Shown piece after piece: positions 48,201 through 58,600 of a DNA stretch of 64,000 nucleotides. The position numbers and the translations under genes are program-made. The stretch lies in the IMG/VR virus record IMGVR_UViG_3300032226_000438. The stretch is one strand, 5' to 3'. Origin of the DNA: an uncultured virus (IMG/VR IMGVR_UViG_3300032226_000438). Lineage: Duplodnaviria; Heunggongvirae; Uroviricota; Caudoviricetes; Crassvirales. Each line of letters starts with the position of its first letter. The stretch's first letter is position 1. Below the pieces are notes generated by a model, which was not told where the DNA came from, ran no database searches, and saw nothing but the letters and a program-made list of their open reading frames with translations.

Positions 48201-50773
48201 ACATTAACTTTGTAATCTAATATTGATATGACTTTGTAATCTGATAACCATGTTACAATTTCATTTGTATCATTTAATACTTCATTTAAATAATCTATAA
48301 CATTTCTATCAGTATTATTATTCATTATTTCTTGTGTAAGAAATGTTATTTGCTTATCAAGAACAACTTTTCTTTTATCACTTTCAAATAATCCATCAGT
48401 CTTATCAAACTTACTTTTAAGTTGTAATACTTTACTTCGTTGTCTTTTAAGATTTACTATAACGTCTGAAAGTTCATTTCTTTTTTTATCTAATGAGTAA
48501 TAGTGAGTTTCTCTTTTAAATGGTTTATTAGGAGTTTTAATAAAGTAATCTACAGATTGTGCTACATAAGTATGTAGTTCAAATTTATTCTTAAATACAC
48601 CTAATACACTTTTTATAAATCTTTTTATCATACTAACTAATCCTGAATCAGTATTTTCTTCTAATTTATCAGCTAATTGATTTCCTATAAGTTGTCCTAG
48701 TACTTCTGTTGCAGCTTTATTTATAGCATCTTCTCCAGTATATTTTTCTTCAGATTGGTATATAGAAATATACTTCTGCATTTCATTAGTATACTTTGGG
48801 TCATTTTTAATTATCTCTAATGCTTTTTCAAATTCTACACCATCTAGTTGTGCAGATATAATATGACCTATTTCTTCTAGTAAATCAGATACAGTACCAC
48901 CTTCACTAAGATGAATCATTTTAGCAGTTATATCTACTATAGCATTTTCTTTTTTAAGATATGGTCTTTTAGACTTAGCTACTATTTCTTCAAAGCTACC
49001 CATATTAAAACCTATATCACGCATCATTTGTGTTATAGTATTAATAGTTTTCTCTGAATATACTTTATCTCTTTTAAGTTTATTTATAGCATTTAGTAAT
49101 ATATCTAATTCTTTTCTTTTATCTTCATCAGATAACTTATCTACTTTAGGTATATCTATTGTAGTATTAACACCAAATTCACTAACATTTTCTACTTCAG
49201 GAATTACATTACTACCAACAAACTCTTTAAATCCTTGTATATCTTGTTTACTACCAAGTATATGAGTATCTACTACATTGTTTTTAACAGCTATAGTATT
49301 ACCTTCAATTTGTCCTGCATCTTTTCCTATTACTGAATCATATATATCTTCTGTATATATAGGTGAAGTATAAGTTGTATCTTCAGATGGAGCATCTGCT
49401 ATAGGTTTATTTGTATATAATGGATTATTAATATTAACTATAGCAGCACTAATATATTTATTTTTTAAATTAAATGATTTAATATATTCAAGATTATCAG
49501 TATAATATGTAACATAAAAATTCTTATCTACTTCTTCTAATTTTTTAAAAATACTACCATGATAAACAATATCTTTTACTTTACTATCAGGAAATATAGT
49601 ATCTAAATATTGAGAGTATAATTGTAAAGCTTGTTGTTTTTTTTCATTACTTTCTTGAATAGCATTTTTTATAAATGCTTTTTCAGAATAATATAATATA
49701 TCTTCTATGACAGATTGATTACTAAAACCTAAAACATTCATTAAAGCTTTTATAAAATCTTCAAACAAAGATGATTTATTTCCTTCAGATGGAATTTGTT
49801 TAAGAACATCTATTAGTATTGGATTAGAAAAAACTTCTGATATAAATTCATGAATATCTTCTTTTTTATCAATATCTGAAAAAGCATAATTAAGAGAACC
49901 AAAATCTGCTTTTAATAATTTGTCATTAGATTTATATTTACCTTCTTTTATAAAATCAAAAACTTTTTGTTTTATTCTAACTAAATTATCAAAAGCTTCT
50001 ATTTGTTCTTTTGTAAGATTAGCTATTTCTATTTGTCTATTAGTACCTTTTCTTTTTTCGTTTTTATTTGTTCTTTCTATATAATTTTTAAATTCTGTAT
50101 CTTTTAAAGCTTCGTATGCTGTTATATACTTATGACTTAAAGAGTGCATTAACTCATGAGCAATAAGTTTTGCTTTTTCTGAAGGAGTTTGTATAACAGT
50201 ATAATTTAATGTAAGTCTATTATAAAGAGGATTCCATTCACCTCCCCTATGAGATACAGATGTTACATATTCTTGTATTTTAGGAACTAGTTGATTTTGT
50301 ATTAAAAAAGATAAAAAAACAGAAGATGGAATATTTTCTCTGTTTTTTATTAAATTTTTTATATCTTTTTCTAAATTATTATTTTCTAATGTTTTAAATC
50401 CTAAAATATCATATACTTCATTAGCTAATTCAGGATTAGCATTAAATAATTCTTCTACTCCTTCTTTAACACCTTGTTCTACATTTTCATTAAAACTATA
50501 TTCAGTACGAATATGATTTATAATATCATCAATAGAAACTTCTACATCTAATTTAGATGTTAAATTATACTTACTCCTAAATTCAGGAGTATTACTTAAC
50601 TCATAATATTGTAGTGCTAAATTATTTATATCATTTGTAGGAATTAATTCAGATGTAGTGTATGGATATTCACTTAATAATTGTAGTAAATTATCATACA
50701 AAATACTAGGATTTCCTTTAGAATCTATTATAGTATTAGTACCATCTTGATTTGTTAATATATTACAAGCCAT
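45269..50773 (-). CDS. Large virion cargo (polyvalent) protein with zincin-like and ART-like domains
   Basis: AHELMH...HEFISE, second EEIGH...ATEVLG, and DSKVKDIVYHGS..FYVTYYTD segment. Confidence 0.65.
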   Translation of the reverse strand: MACNILTNQDGTNTIIDSKGNPSILYDNLLQLLSEYPYTTSELIPTNDINNLALQYYELSNTPEFRSKYNLTSKLDVEVSIDDIINHIRTEYSFNENVEQGVKEGVEELFNANPELANEVYDILGFKTLENNNLEKDIKNLIKNRENIPSSVFLSFLIQNQLVPKIQEYVTSVSHRGGEWNPLYNRLTLNYTVIQTPSEKAKLIAHELMHSLSHKYITAYEALKDTEFKNYIERTNKNEKRKGTNRQIEIANLTKEQIEAFDNLVRIKQKVFDFIKEGKYKSNDKLLKADFGSLNYAFSDIDKKEDIHEFISEVFSNPILIDVLKQIPSEGNKSSLFEDFIKALMNVLGFSNQSVIEDILYYSEKAFIKNAIQESNEKKQQALQLYSQYLDTIFPDSKVKDIVYHGSIFKKLEEVDKNFYVTYYTDNLEYIKSFNLKNKYISAAIVNINNPLYTNKPIADAPSEDTTYTSPIYTEDIYDSVIGKDAGQIEGNTIAVKNNVVDTHILGSKQDIQGFKEFVGSNVIPEVENVSEFGVNTTIDIPKVDKLSDEDKRKELDILLNAINKLKRDKVYSEKTINTITQMMRDIGFNMGSFEEIVAKSKRPYLKKENAIVDITAKMIHLSEGGTVSDLLEEIGHIISAQLDGVEFEKALEIIKNDPKYTNEMQKYISIYQSEEKYTGEDAINKAATEVLGQLIGNQLADKLEENTDSGLVSMIKRFIKSVLGVFKNKFELHTYVAQSVDYFIKTPNKPFKRETHYYSLDKKRNELSDVIVNLKRQRSKVLQLKSKFDKTDGLFESDKRKVVLDKQITFLTQEIMNNNTDRNVIDYLNEVLNDTNEIVTWLSDYKVISILDYKVNVTGEEKELKQFVSNPYYKDGFDISQVSIRALSDARDYVHNYTYITTVLDNIVSNNVRLTEGEKLSISTYITNINSRLTFINNEVENLDKLKSQELIESLVKETGVAYDYKDLPQSIKNTLQDYEQEKDINAAEVWFGPMGMVNSTLSRLVDGVFNLIYNNARIKTIDFSNTFLNKFKSYIGKDMSFIAEKYDGKTTGDFIDEYHWGQWNIARKTKLEELAKDDKYNFPKDAFDRGEEFDSVKVYNDYKKELKVKLKELQDELEDAGKLTKKSKALQENVKKIEDLIKHYDAKSEIIDSYLEEIGKWYNDNTQPRHNVNEIIDHYKTILSKDDFNIWYERNVIVNSKNIVMYYKGELIQPSNAWKNKDFSRLNAEQKRIVAELKTYKKEFDDMVGLPSNTLMPQMYQSMLNSLYDGKLSNIGTNLGGQLKRAFTRTSDDTQFEPDQEMRHFQEDNRIVSYIGSRYTKRLNNPEHISTDILGSMIGYAQMAYEFKEKMQRIDQFELIAQKMKKTKYANTSNKLSSNSLERLTNHLEVHMMGKEEKVREIDIPGTNLKINVNKVVAKFNKFISHTNLAFGGITQLANIITSNINGLLETILGQHITGKSVQFALKEFTKLYSTETIKEFGKTIKTNKLDLMMRYFGLSESADATFNDLDKHILMRKPVSNVAYAGYEAGSYYINGIALISILNNNRFYDGKLYTEQAFKDLQNNISFDSLPSAYDSIVVKNGKLELLGLKASELNLLINKVRDLSKKLDGKLTKEDYAMAHTNIVGMSALMHRNWMIDGAFRRMKARGLNFKTGEIDEGYWVTTLDLMSKFLYSKEKLKVLANLRANYKKLSRDQQLGLNRTLLDLASIGTMIAVAGFIFNGGDDDDDESSQFLAYLSNRVLLEVSSFYNPFEILYAVTDPIVSARQMETLMHLGNAINFEEIERGKWEGYTRAEKYWYSLIPGVKGYMQTQDTESSNQFLKNKQLSWLY

Positions 50774-50778
50774 ATTAT

Positions 50779-50997
50779 TTATTTAGCAAAGTTCTTAGCA
50801 AAGTTAGCTTTCTTTCTCATAGCTGGAGTATAAGTTCCTTCTTTAGCTGACAATATTTTACTAGCAGCTTGTTGTACACCCATACCCATTTTAGTAGCTT
50901 GAGCAGTAAATGTTCCTTTTTTAGATGGGTCTATTTTAATACTACCTCCAGTTTTCATAGTAGGTAATGTTTTTACATTTGGCATTAATTTCTTCAT
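50779..50997 (-). CDS. Small basic protein (KKANFAKN type)
   Basis: MKTGGSIKIDPSKKGTFT...RKKANFAKNF. Confidence 0.6.
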   Translation of the reverse strand: MKKLMPNVKTLPTMKTGGSIKIDPSKKGTFTAQATKMGMGVQQAASKILSAKEGTYTPAMRKKANFAKNFAK

Positions 50998-52595
50998 TTC
51001 ATATATTTTAACATTGCTAAATTACCACCATAACTTTTCTTCTTGAGTTTCTTTGAATTAGTTTCAATATTAGTATAAGAAACAGGTTCAACTCTACTAT
51101 TTGTCTTAGGGTTTAAAGGTGCAGTTTTAAATACAAGACTACTTAATGGTTTAGTACGAAAAGGTAATACTTCAGTAGGTTCAAACTCCATCATTTCTTT
51201 CTTAGCTCTTGCTAGTAACTGTTTATCATCATCTTGTTGTCTTAATGTTGCTAAACTTGGGTCAGATTCAAATGTAGGATATTCTTCTTTTTTACCAACT
51301 TCTACTCTATTTTTAGGTACAGTTTCACCTTTTAATGCAGTACCATATTTCTTACCATTCCATTCAAATATACCAGCAGCACCACCAGCTTGTTTTCTAG
51401 CTTCAGCAAATGCTTTATCAAAAGCTTGTCCAGTTTTACTTCTAGGTATAGTAGTTCCACCACTAGTAATAGGTGGTTTACTACCTCCACCACCATCTCC
51501 ACCATCTATTGCAAGTCCACTTTTTTCTTGTTCTTTAACTTCATTATCTTTTTTAGTTTCATCTATTGGAGTATAACCACCTCCTGTAACTTTTCTTTCT
51601 TGTGATTTAAGTTTTTGTGGTAATAATTCTCCATCTTTATCTTCATTAAAGTATCTCCATTTACCAGTTTTATTGTCTTTTATTATACCTTTATCTTTAC
51701 CATTTACTTTAATTATTTTAACACCTTTATATTTTGTACTATCTTTTAATTTAGTTTCATCAAGTTTAACATCAGATTTATTTTTCATAGAAAAATAAAC
51801 AGTTCCTGCACCAACACCTGATGCACCTGCAATACTTAATCCTTTTAAAAATGAATTGTTAATTACATCATCATTTAACTTAAATTTATCAAAATCTGAA
51901 TAAATTTTTTTAAACTCTTCTTTACCATATCTATTTTTAAATAAATTATCAGAATCTTTTATTTTTTCAGTAGCTTTAGGTATATTACTTGGTATAGTTT
52001 TTGGTATTACTTTACTAGTTTGAGAAGTTCCTACTGCAGATTCACCAATTTTAAAACTACCTATACTATTAGGTTTTACAGGACTATAACTTTCCTTTCT
52101 ATTTATTTTAGGTATTACTTCATCAGATTTAGTTGGTTTAGTTTTAACAGCTGGTTTATCTTTTGGAATTTCATCTAAAGCATTTTTAGCTTTTGCAGTA
52201 GTAAAACTTTTAGATTTATTTAATTTAGGTATTGGTTTTAATAACCTAGATAAAGTTTCTTTTACTATTTCAACTGGTTTTTCTACAACTTCTTTAACTG
52301 TAGGTGTAGCTTTTTTACCTCTAGTCATTGGTTTTTTTCCAAATAACTCAAGAATCTGCGTAGCTTTATTTTGTGTAAACTTTGATTTAGACATTTTAGC
52401 AAGAGCAGCTTTACTAATTCCTCTAGCCATAGCACCTATTCCACCACCACCTCTAGGGTCAACAATAGAAAATAACTCTTTTGCCATTTCTATTTGTTTA
52501 TTTATTTCTTCTTGCCTTCTTACATCTTCTGGATTACTAGGGTCAAATATTAATTTACCTTTTCTATCATACATTTTTTTATCTGGTATAGCCAT
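50994..52595 (-). CDS. Lys-rich putative virion protein
   Basis: FDKAFAEARK..G..IFEWNGKKYGT motif; C-terminal KSYGG. Confidence 0.55.
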   Translation of the reverse strand: MAIPDKKMYDRKGKLIFDPSNPEDVRRQEEINKQIEMAKELFSIVDPRGGGGIGAMARGISKAALAKMSKSKFTQNKATQILELFGKKPMTRGKKATPTVKEVVEKPVEIVKETLSRLLKPIPKLNKSKSFTTAKAKNALDEIPKDKPAVKTKPTKSDEVIPKINRKESYSPVKPNSIGSFKIGESAVGTSQTSKVIPKTIPSNIPKATEKIKDSDNLFKNRYGKEEFKKIYSDFDKFKLNDDVINNSFLKGLSIAGASGVGAGTVYFSMKNKSDVKLDETKLKDSTKYKGVKIIKVNGKDKGIIKDNKTGKWRYFNEDKDGELLPQKLKSQERKVTGGGYTPIDETKKDNEVKEQEKSGLAIDGGDGGGGSKPPITSGGTTIPRSKTGQAFDKAFAEARKQAGGAAGIFEWNGKKYGTALKGETVPKNRVEVGKKEEYPTFESDPSLATLRQQDDDKQLLARAKKEMMEFEPTEVLPFRTKPLSSLVFKTAPLNPKTNSRVEPVSYTNIETNSKKLKKKSYGGNLAMLKYMK

Positions 52596-52629
52596 AATTT
52601 TTTAGTTTTATTAGTTACAAAAATACAAT

Positions 52630-55600
52630 TTATTGTTTACATTTGTTAAAATAAGTATCGTTTAAAGTTCTATAAGTTTTTCCAGTATTTAAAGTATTGA
52701 TATATACTTCAATTTTTCCTTCATCATCTATAACATATATAACATTATTTGATTTAATACGGATGTAACCAAATTTATCTTGTTCATTAGCTTCTATAGA
52801 TATATCAGTTTTTTTCGGTTTATAATCAGATTTTCTTATAGATACATTTGAGTTATCACTAGTATTAATAGCATATATTAAATCTACACCTTCAGAATAA
52901 GGTATAAATTTCTCACCATACATTTCAAACTGTTTAGTCATATCTATTACAACTTCTTTAGGTTTTTCACTCTTTGGCGGTTTAGTTGTAGTTGGTGGTG
53001 TAGTTGTAGTACTTTCTTTTGGAGGAGTATATTTCTTTAATGAATATACAAATACATTTCCTTCAAATATAGCTTTTAATAATTGTTGAGGAATTCTACC
53101 TTTATAACCTAATGATTTAGTTAATTCAGGTAGTGTATATGATTTATTACCTACAGTAAACTTTTTGTTATCATATTTAATACCTGTATAAATATGAGTT
53201 AAGTCAACAATAGTATTTTTAGAATCCATTAATTTATATTTACCATTTGTTTTTTTATTAGTTGTTTTTTTAGTAATATATAAACTATTAAATCCTTTTT
53301 TAGGTAAAGTTCCTTTAACATCTACTTTAGAATCTTTTGTTGATGGAGTAGAAGGTTTTTTATCAGATACAGTAAGTTCTACTTTCTCTTGAGTTTCAGA
53401 TTTAATCTTATCAACAATATCAACAAAACTACCTTGTTCATTTATATTAGAACCTTTACCTTCAACTATTAACATAAGATGTTTAGCTCTACTTGATGCT
53501 GTGTAATGTGTTTTATCTCTTAGTAATAAACTATCTTTCTTATCTTTAACTGAAGTTTTATTTTTATTTATAATATCTAATATATTATCAGTTTTTTCTT
53601 TATTGTAAATAGCAACATCAGTAGTCATACCTTGAGATTTATGCACAGTAATAGCATAACCATGTTTTAAATTAGCAACCTGTGATGCTTTACTAACAAG
53701 TTCAAAGAATTTAGCTATTTCTACTTTATCACTACTATGTTGATTTCCAAAATCAAACTTTAAATTATCTTTATATTTATTACGATCTAAAACAGTAATA
53801 GGTTTTGTTACATCTTGTTTCCTAATTATTGCTTCTTTAAAGTTTTCAAATCTTTTTCTTTCTGATAAATTTAATATATTAACATCAGATTCCATAGTGA
53901 TATTATTATATTTATATCTTACAGTATAAGTCTTTCCTTTAAAACTTATTGATTTATTATTTAAATCTGTAAGATTTAAAGTATAATCTTCTTTAACTTT
54001 TACTATAACACCTCTAGTTCCATTATCTATTACTAAGGGTTCACCAGTTTCTTCATTAATATCTGTAACTTCATAACCATTATAGAATGTAACAAAATCA
54101 TTCTCAACAAAATCTTCTACATTTTCACCAAATATTTTTTCACGAATTTTTGCATTAAAATCATCAACATCTTTATTTGCATAAGTTATATATTGAACAT
54201 AATTTACATTCTTTTCAGCAACAGCTTTTTTATATAACTCTGCAATATTATCAATAGAATCATTAAGATTTATAGTAGCTATACCACCACTAGAAGTTAA
54301 TATATTTGGTATATCTATGTAATTTGCAGGTTTAGATTGTTCAGTAGCATGTTCCCAAATAGGGTCAAGATAATCTAGTATAGGAGAACCTTTCTTTTGT
54401 CTTTGAGGTGTAGTTAAATGTAATATATTTTCTGGTTTAATTTTACTTTTAAGGTCAAAAGGAATACTTATTGGAGGAAGTTGTCCATGGTCTCCAGCAT
54501 ATATTACTAACACTTTACCATCAGCATCGTTTTCAATTCTATTAAAATCTTTTTCAGAAAGCATAGACATTTCATCTATAATAAGTACTGTTCTATCTTT
54601 TCTATATTTCATTATTTTAGAAGACTTACCTGTTTGTTGTGTACCAAATTCTGTTTTTACTGAATTAAGTAAAGATGCTACTGAATGATAATTTATTTCA
54701 ATATTTTCTACTTTAAGTTTCTTTGCACTTAATGATTCTGCTAATTGATTCTTTGCAGCATTAGCTAAAGCTGAACCAACTATATTTAATTTTTCTCCTG
54801 GTTTTAAATTATTTACAATATGTTCAAGTGCTGAAGCTAACATATATGTTTTACCAGTTCCAGCTCTACCTAATAGTAATAATGATTCACTATTTTTACT
54901 ATCAAATTGACTTATTATTTTTTTAGCAGCATCTAATTGTGCTCCTTTTAAATCTGCTAATGAGTCTTTTGTTTTAGTTGTATCTTCTTTAATAGTATTT
55001 CTTAGTATGTCAAATACTTCAACTAAAGCAGTTGGGTGCATACCTTGACCTCTAGCTTCTGATTTACCAGCATATAATAATGTAGCTCCATCAAGTTTTC
55101 CTTGATTGATTTGATTAATTATCCATTCTCTTTGTTCAGGATTTACATTATTATGTTTAGTACCAAGTAACCAATCTTTGTAAGCTATAACAGCATCTGC
55201 TATAGTGTCAACTTTTATAGTATTACCATAACCAGCTTCACTAAATGGATTACCAAAATGTTCATTAGGAAGAGCTGCTGATGTTCTCATAGTATTTATA
55301 CCTTCATTAGTATAAACAGGTCTTGATTCTAAATCACCTTTCCATTCTCTACTTGTATCAATTTTAGGTGATACAACAGGTTTTTTATCTTGTTTTTCAG
55401 TTTGTTTAATTTTTATTCTAGGTGTATCTCCAGTATGATATATAGTAAATTTAGCACCTATTTCTTGTAAGTAATCTATAAATTGACTATCTACTCCAGG
55501 CATATCTCCTACTATAAATTCTCCTCCTGATTTATTAATTATATCTATATTAAGTTTAGTACTTTCATTTAATGGTTTGTTAGCTAATTCTTTATTACGA

Positions 55601-58600
55601 GCTAACATAATTATATCTTTTTGATTTTTTTGGTAAGTAGCTATTGAATAATAATCTGAAGAATCATTTTTACTATTACCTATACCATAAGATGAACCAT
55701 ATTTTTTAAGAGATTTTTTTCTTAATATATCATAAGATGTATTAGTAGATGTTAATCCATTAATATCAATAATTTCTCCAATAAAACCATCAGCAATGTT
55801 TCTCATCGCTTTATCTTTACCATCACCTTCTGGAGTTCCTTTACCAGTATTATCAAATCCTCCTTTATAACCTTGAAAACCTGATACTATAATAGGATTT
55901 AATTCACTACCTAATTCATTTACATCTTCTTCTTCAAATGCTTTATTATCATCTACTATAATTACATTGTTATAATCATCCATAACATCATTATATATAT
56001 TATAATATAATGGAGATACTTCAATGTCACCACTTCTTTTACCAAGTAATGTTATTTCTTTAGTATTTTCTTCTCTATCAACACTAACATTATTATTATT
56101 AAAAGTATTTTTAGGAAAGTTATACTTATCTAATATCATGTTTAATACGTTAACACCTGTTGCAGGATTGTTAACTAATTCAACTATTTTATTATTTAAT
56201 AACTTTGAATAGTTTTTTAATACATCAGTATAAAATTCAACTGGTATTAAGTGATTAAAACTATCTCTAGTAGTATCAAATCCTGTAGTGCGTAATGAAT
56301 ATACAGCTAGTAATTCACCAACAAATTTAGCATCATCATTATTACTCTTTAATAAGTTTCTCCAATCTTGAGTAATTCTATCTTGTTGGTCTTTGTCTTT
56401 AAAATCAACACTAAGAACTTGTAATTTTAAACCTTCACCTACATAACTTTTATCTATTTGTAAAGCATTAATAAATAAATTGTCTGCGTATTTTGATTTT
56501 ATTTTTAAGAATGCTTCTTCATTTAAAGATTTTAATTGACTATCCATTTTATTAAAATAATCACTTTGACTTTCTACAGTAGCTTTATAATATAAAGCAT
56601 TGTATAACTTACCAAGAATCTTATCATCAATCTTTTTAATAAAGTTTCTCGATTCAATAAGTGTTCTAAATGAAGTTAGTTCTTTTAAGTCTGAGTTAAA
56701 AAACTCTGGAAGGCTTAATAATTTATTTACTATATCATTCTGTTCATTAATAAACATGTTAAATCTTGTAGTAAACATTTTCTCATCTCCAAAATGATTT
56801 TTAATTGATTCTACATCAAAGTATTTTACTTCTGGATTTTTAACATAATTATTATAGTTTACAATATCTATATAATTCTCAAAGTAAGTAGGTTTACCAC
56901 CACGATTACCTCTTTGTATATATGTTACAATATCATTAAATTCTTTACCTAATTGTTCGAGAATATAATAATTACGATATATTATTTTTTCTATTTCAAG
57001 AAGTTCTGCACCAGCTTTTACATCATTTATTTCAATGTTTTTACGATTTTTAATATACTTTATAATACTATTCATATCAATATCAATAGTAACATTGTTA
57101 CCTTTGTCAACATCAGCAGCTATAAGTTTCTTTTGTTCTGGAGTTAACATTGATTTACTAAGCATATTAGTAAATGCTTTATTAAAATATATTACATCTT
57201 CTAATGGATAACCTAAATGTAATGCTGCCATTGCTATATTAGCATTACTAGGATTTAATCCAAAATAACTAATCAATGGATTCTTACCATTATCTACAAC
57301 TGCTGATAGTATTGTACTAAAAGCTCTTACTATAGTATTTTCATTATTAAAATCATATATACTTGATAAATCAACTTTAATATTTTCTAACTTTCCTGCA
57401 TGCTTAATTGTTAATGTATCTAATAATTTAATTCCTGATTGTTGTATAATAGCTCTAGCAGCATTATGATTAGCAGCAATACCAGTCATATCTTTACCAA
57501 CATTCATAGCCATTACAGTATCAATCCATAATGAAGGGTCTATAAATGTTCTAGCATTTCCATTTAATATAGACTTTTTATCATTATCAGTTTTTTTATC
57601 GAATATATCTACAGTAACATTCTTATCAATAAATTCTTGATTCTCATCAAGCATATCATAGAATCTCATGTTTAATACAGCATCTTCTATAACTTTAAAA
57701 CCTCCAGGAATAAGTTGTGATTTTAATGTTGTAGGATGTGATAACACAGCTCTCATTATATCTAACTTAGTATTATCAGATTTTAATGAATTATTATACA
57801 TATTATAAGCTATCATAGCATTATTGTATGCTGTACTACCTTCTCTTAATACATTAGTATATTCATTATTATATTTATCTACTATACTATTATATTCTTT
57901 TAATATTTCTTCAGGATAATTATTTCTATCATTACCATATTGTGATGTAATATTATTTATTAACTGATTTTTTGCTTTACTTTTAGATTTAAAATATACT
58001 TCATTAATATAATCTTCGTACTTTAATTCTGTTGATTTAAAGAATCCAAACATTTTATCTATGTCAAAATCTAATCCTGATAATGCAGTAACCATTGGTG
58101 GCATAATAATAGCACTATCATCATTAGGTAAGAATCCTACAATCTTAACTTTAAACATAGAATATTTATCTTCAGTAGGAATACGATATAGTAACCCTTC
58201 TAGTAATTCAGGATATGTGCTTCTTAAAGCATCCATATCTACAGTCTTTGATACTTTATCTACAAATTCATATATCTTTTTATCATGAATAGGTGCGATA
58301 ATTTCAAAATGGTCTATACCTAATGCTGGAGTTTCAATACCATTTTTATCAACATTCCATACTATTCTAGGTTTATTTTTAAAACCATAAGATGATGCGT
58401 TAGCAGCTTTAAAACCTTTAACAAACTTTCTTACTGTAACATTATTTTTAAATATAGCATTGGTTTTAGGTTGTACTCTATTAGTTACAAATGGATGTGC
58501 TAATGGTAAACTTGTAATTAAATTACCATCTTCATCATAAGTAAATTCTAATGCTTTTTGCATATTAATAGTATCTTCAGACATTTCTTCTTGAAGTACT

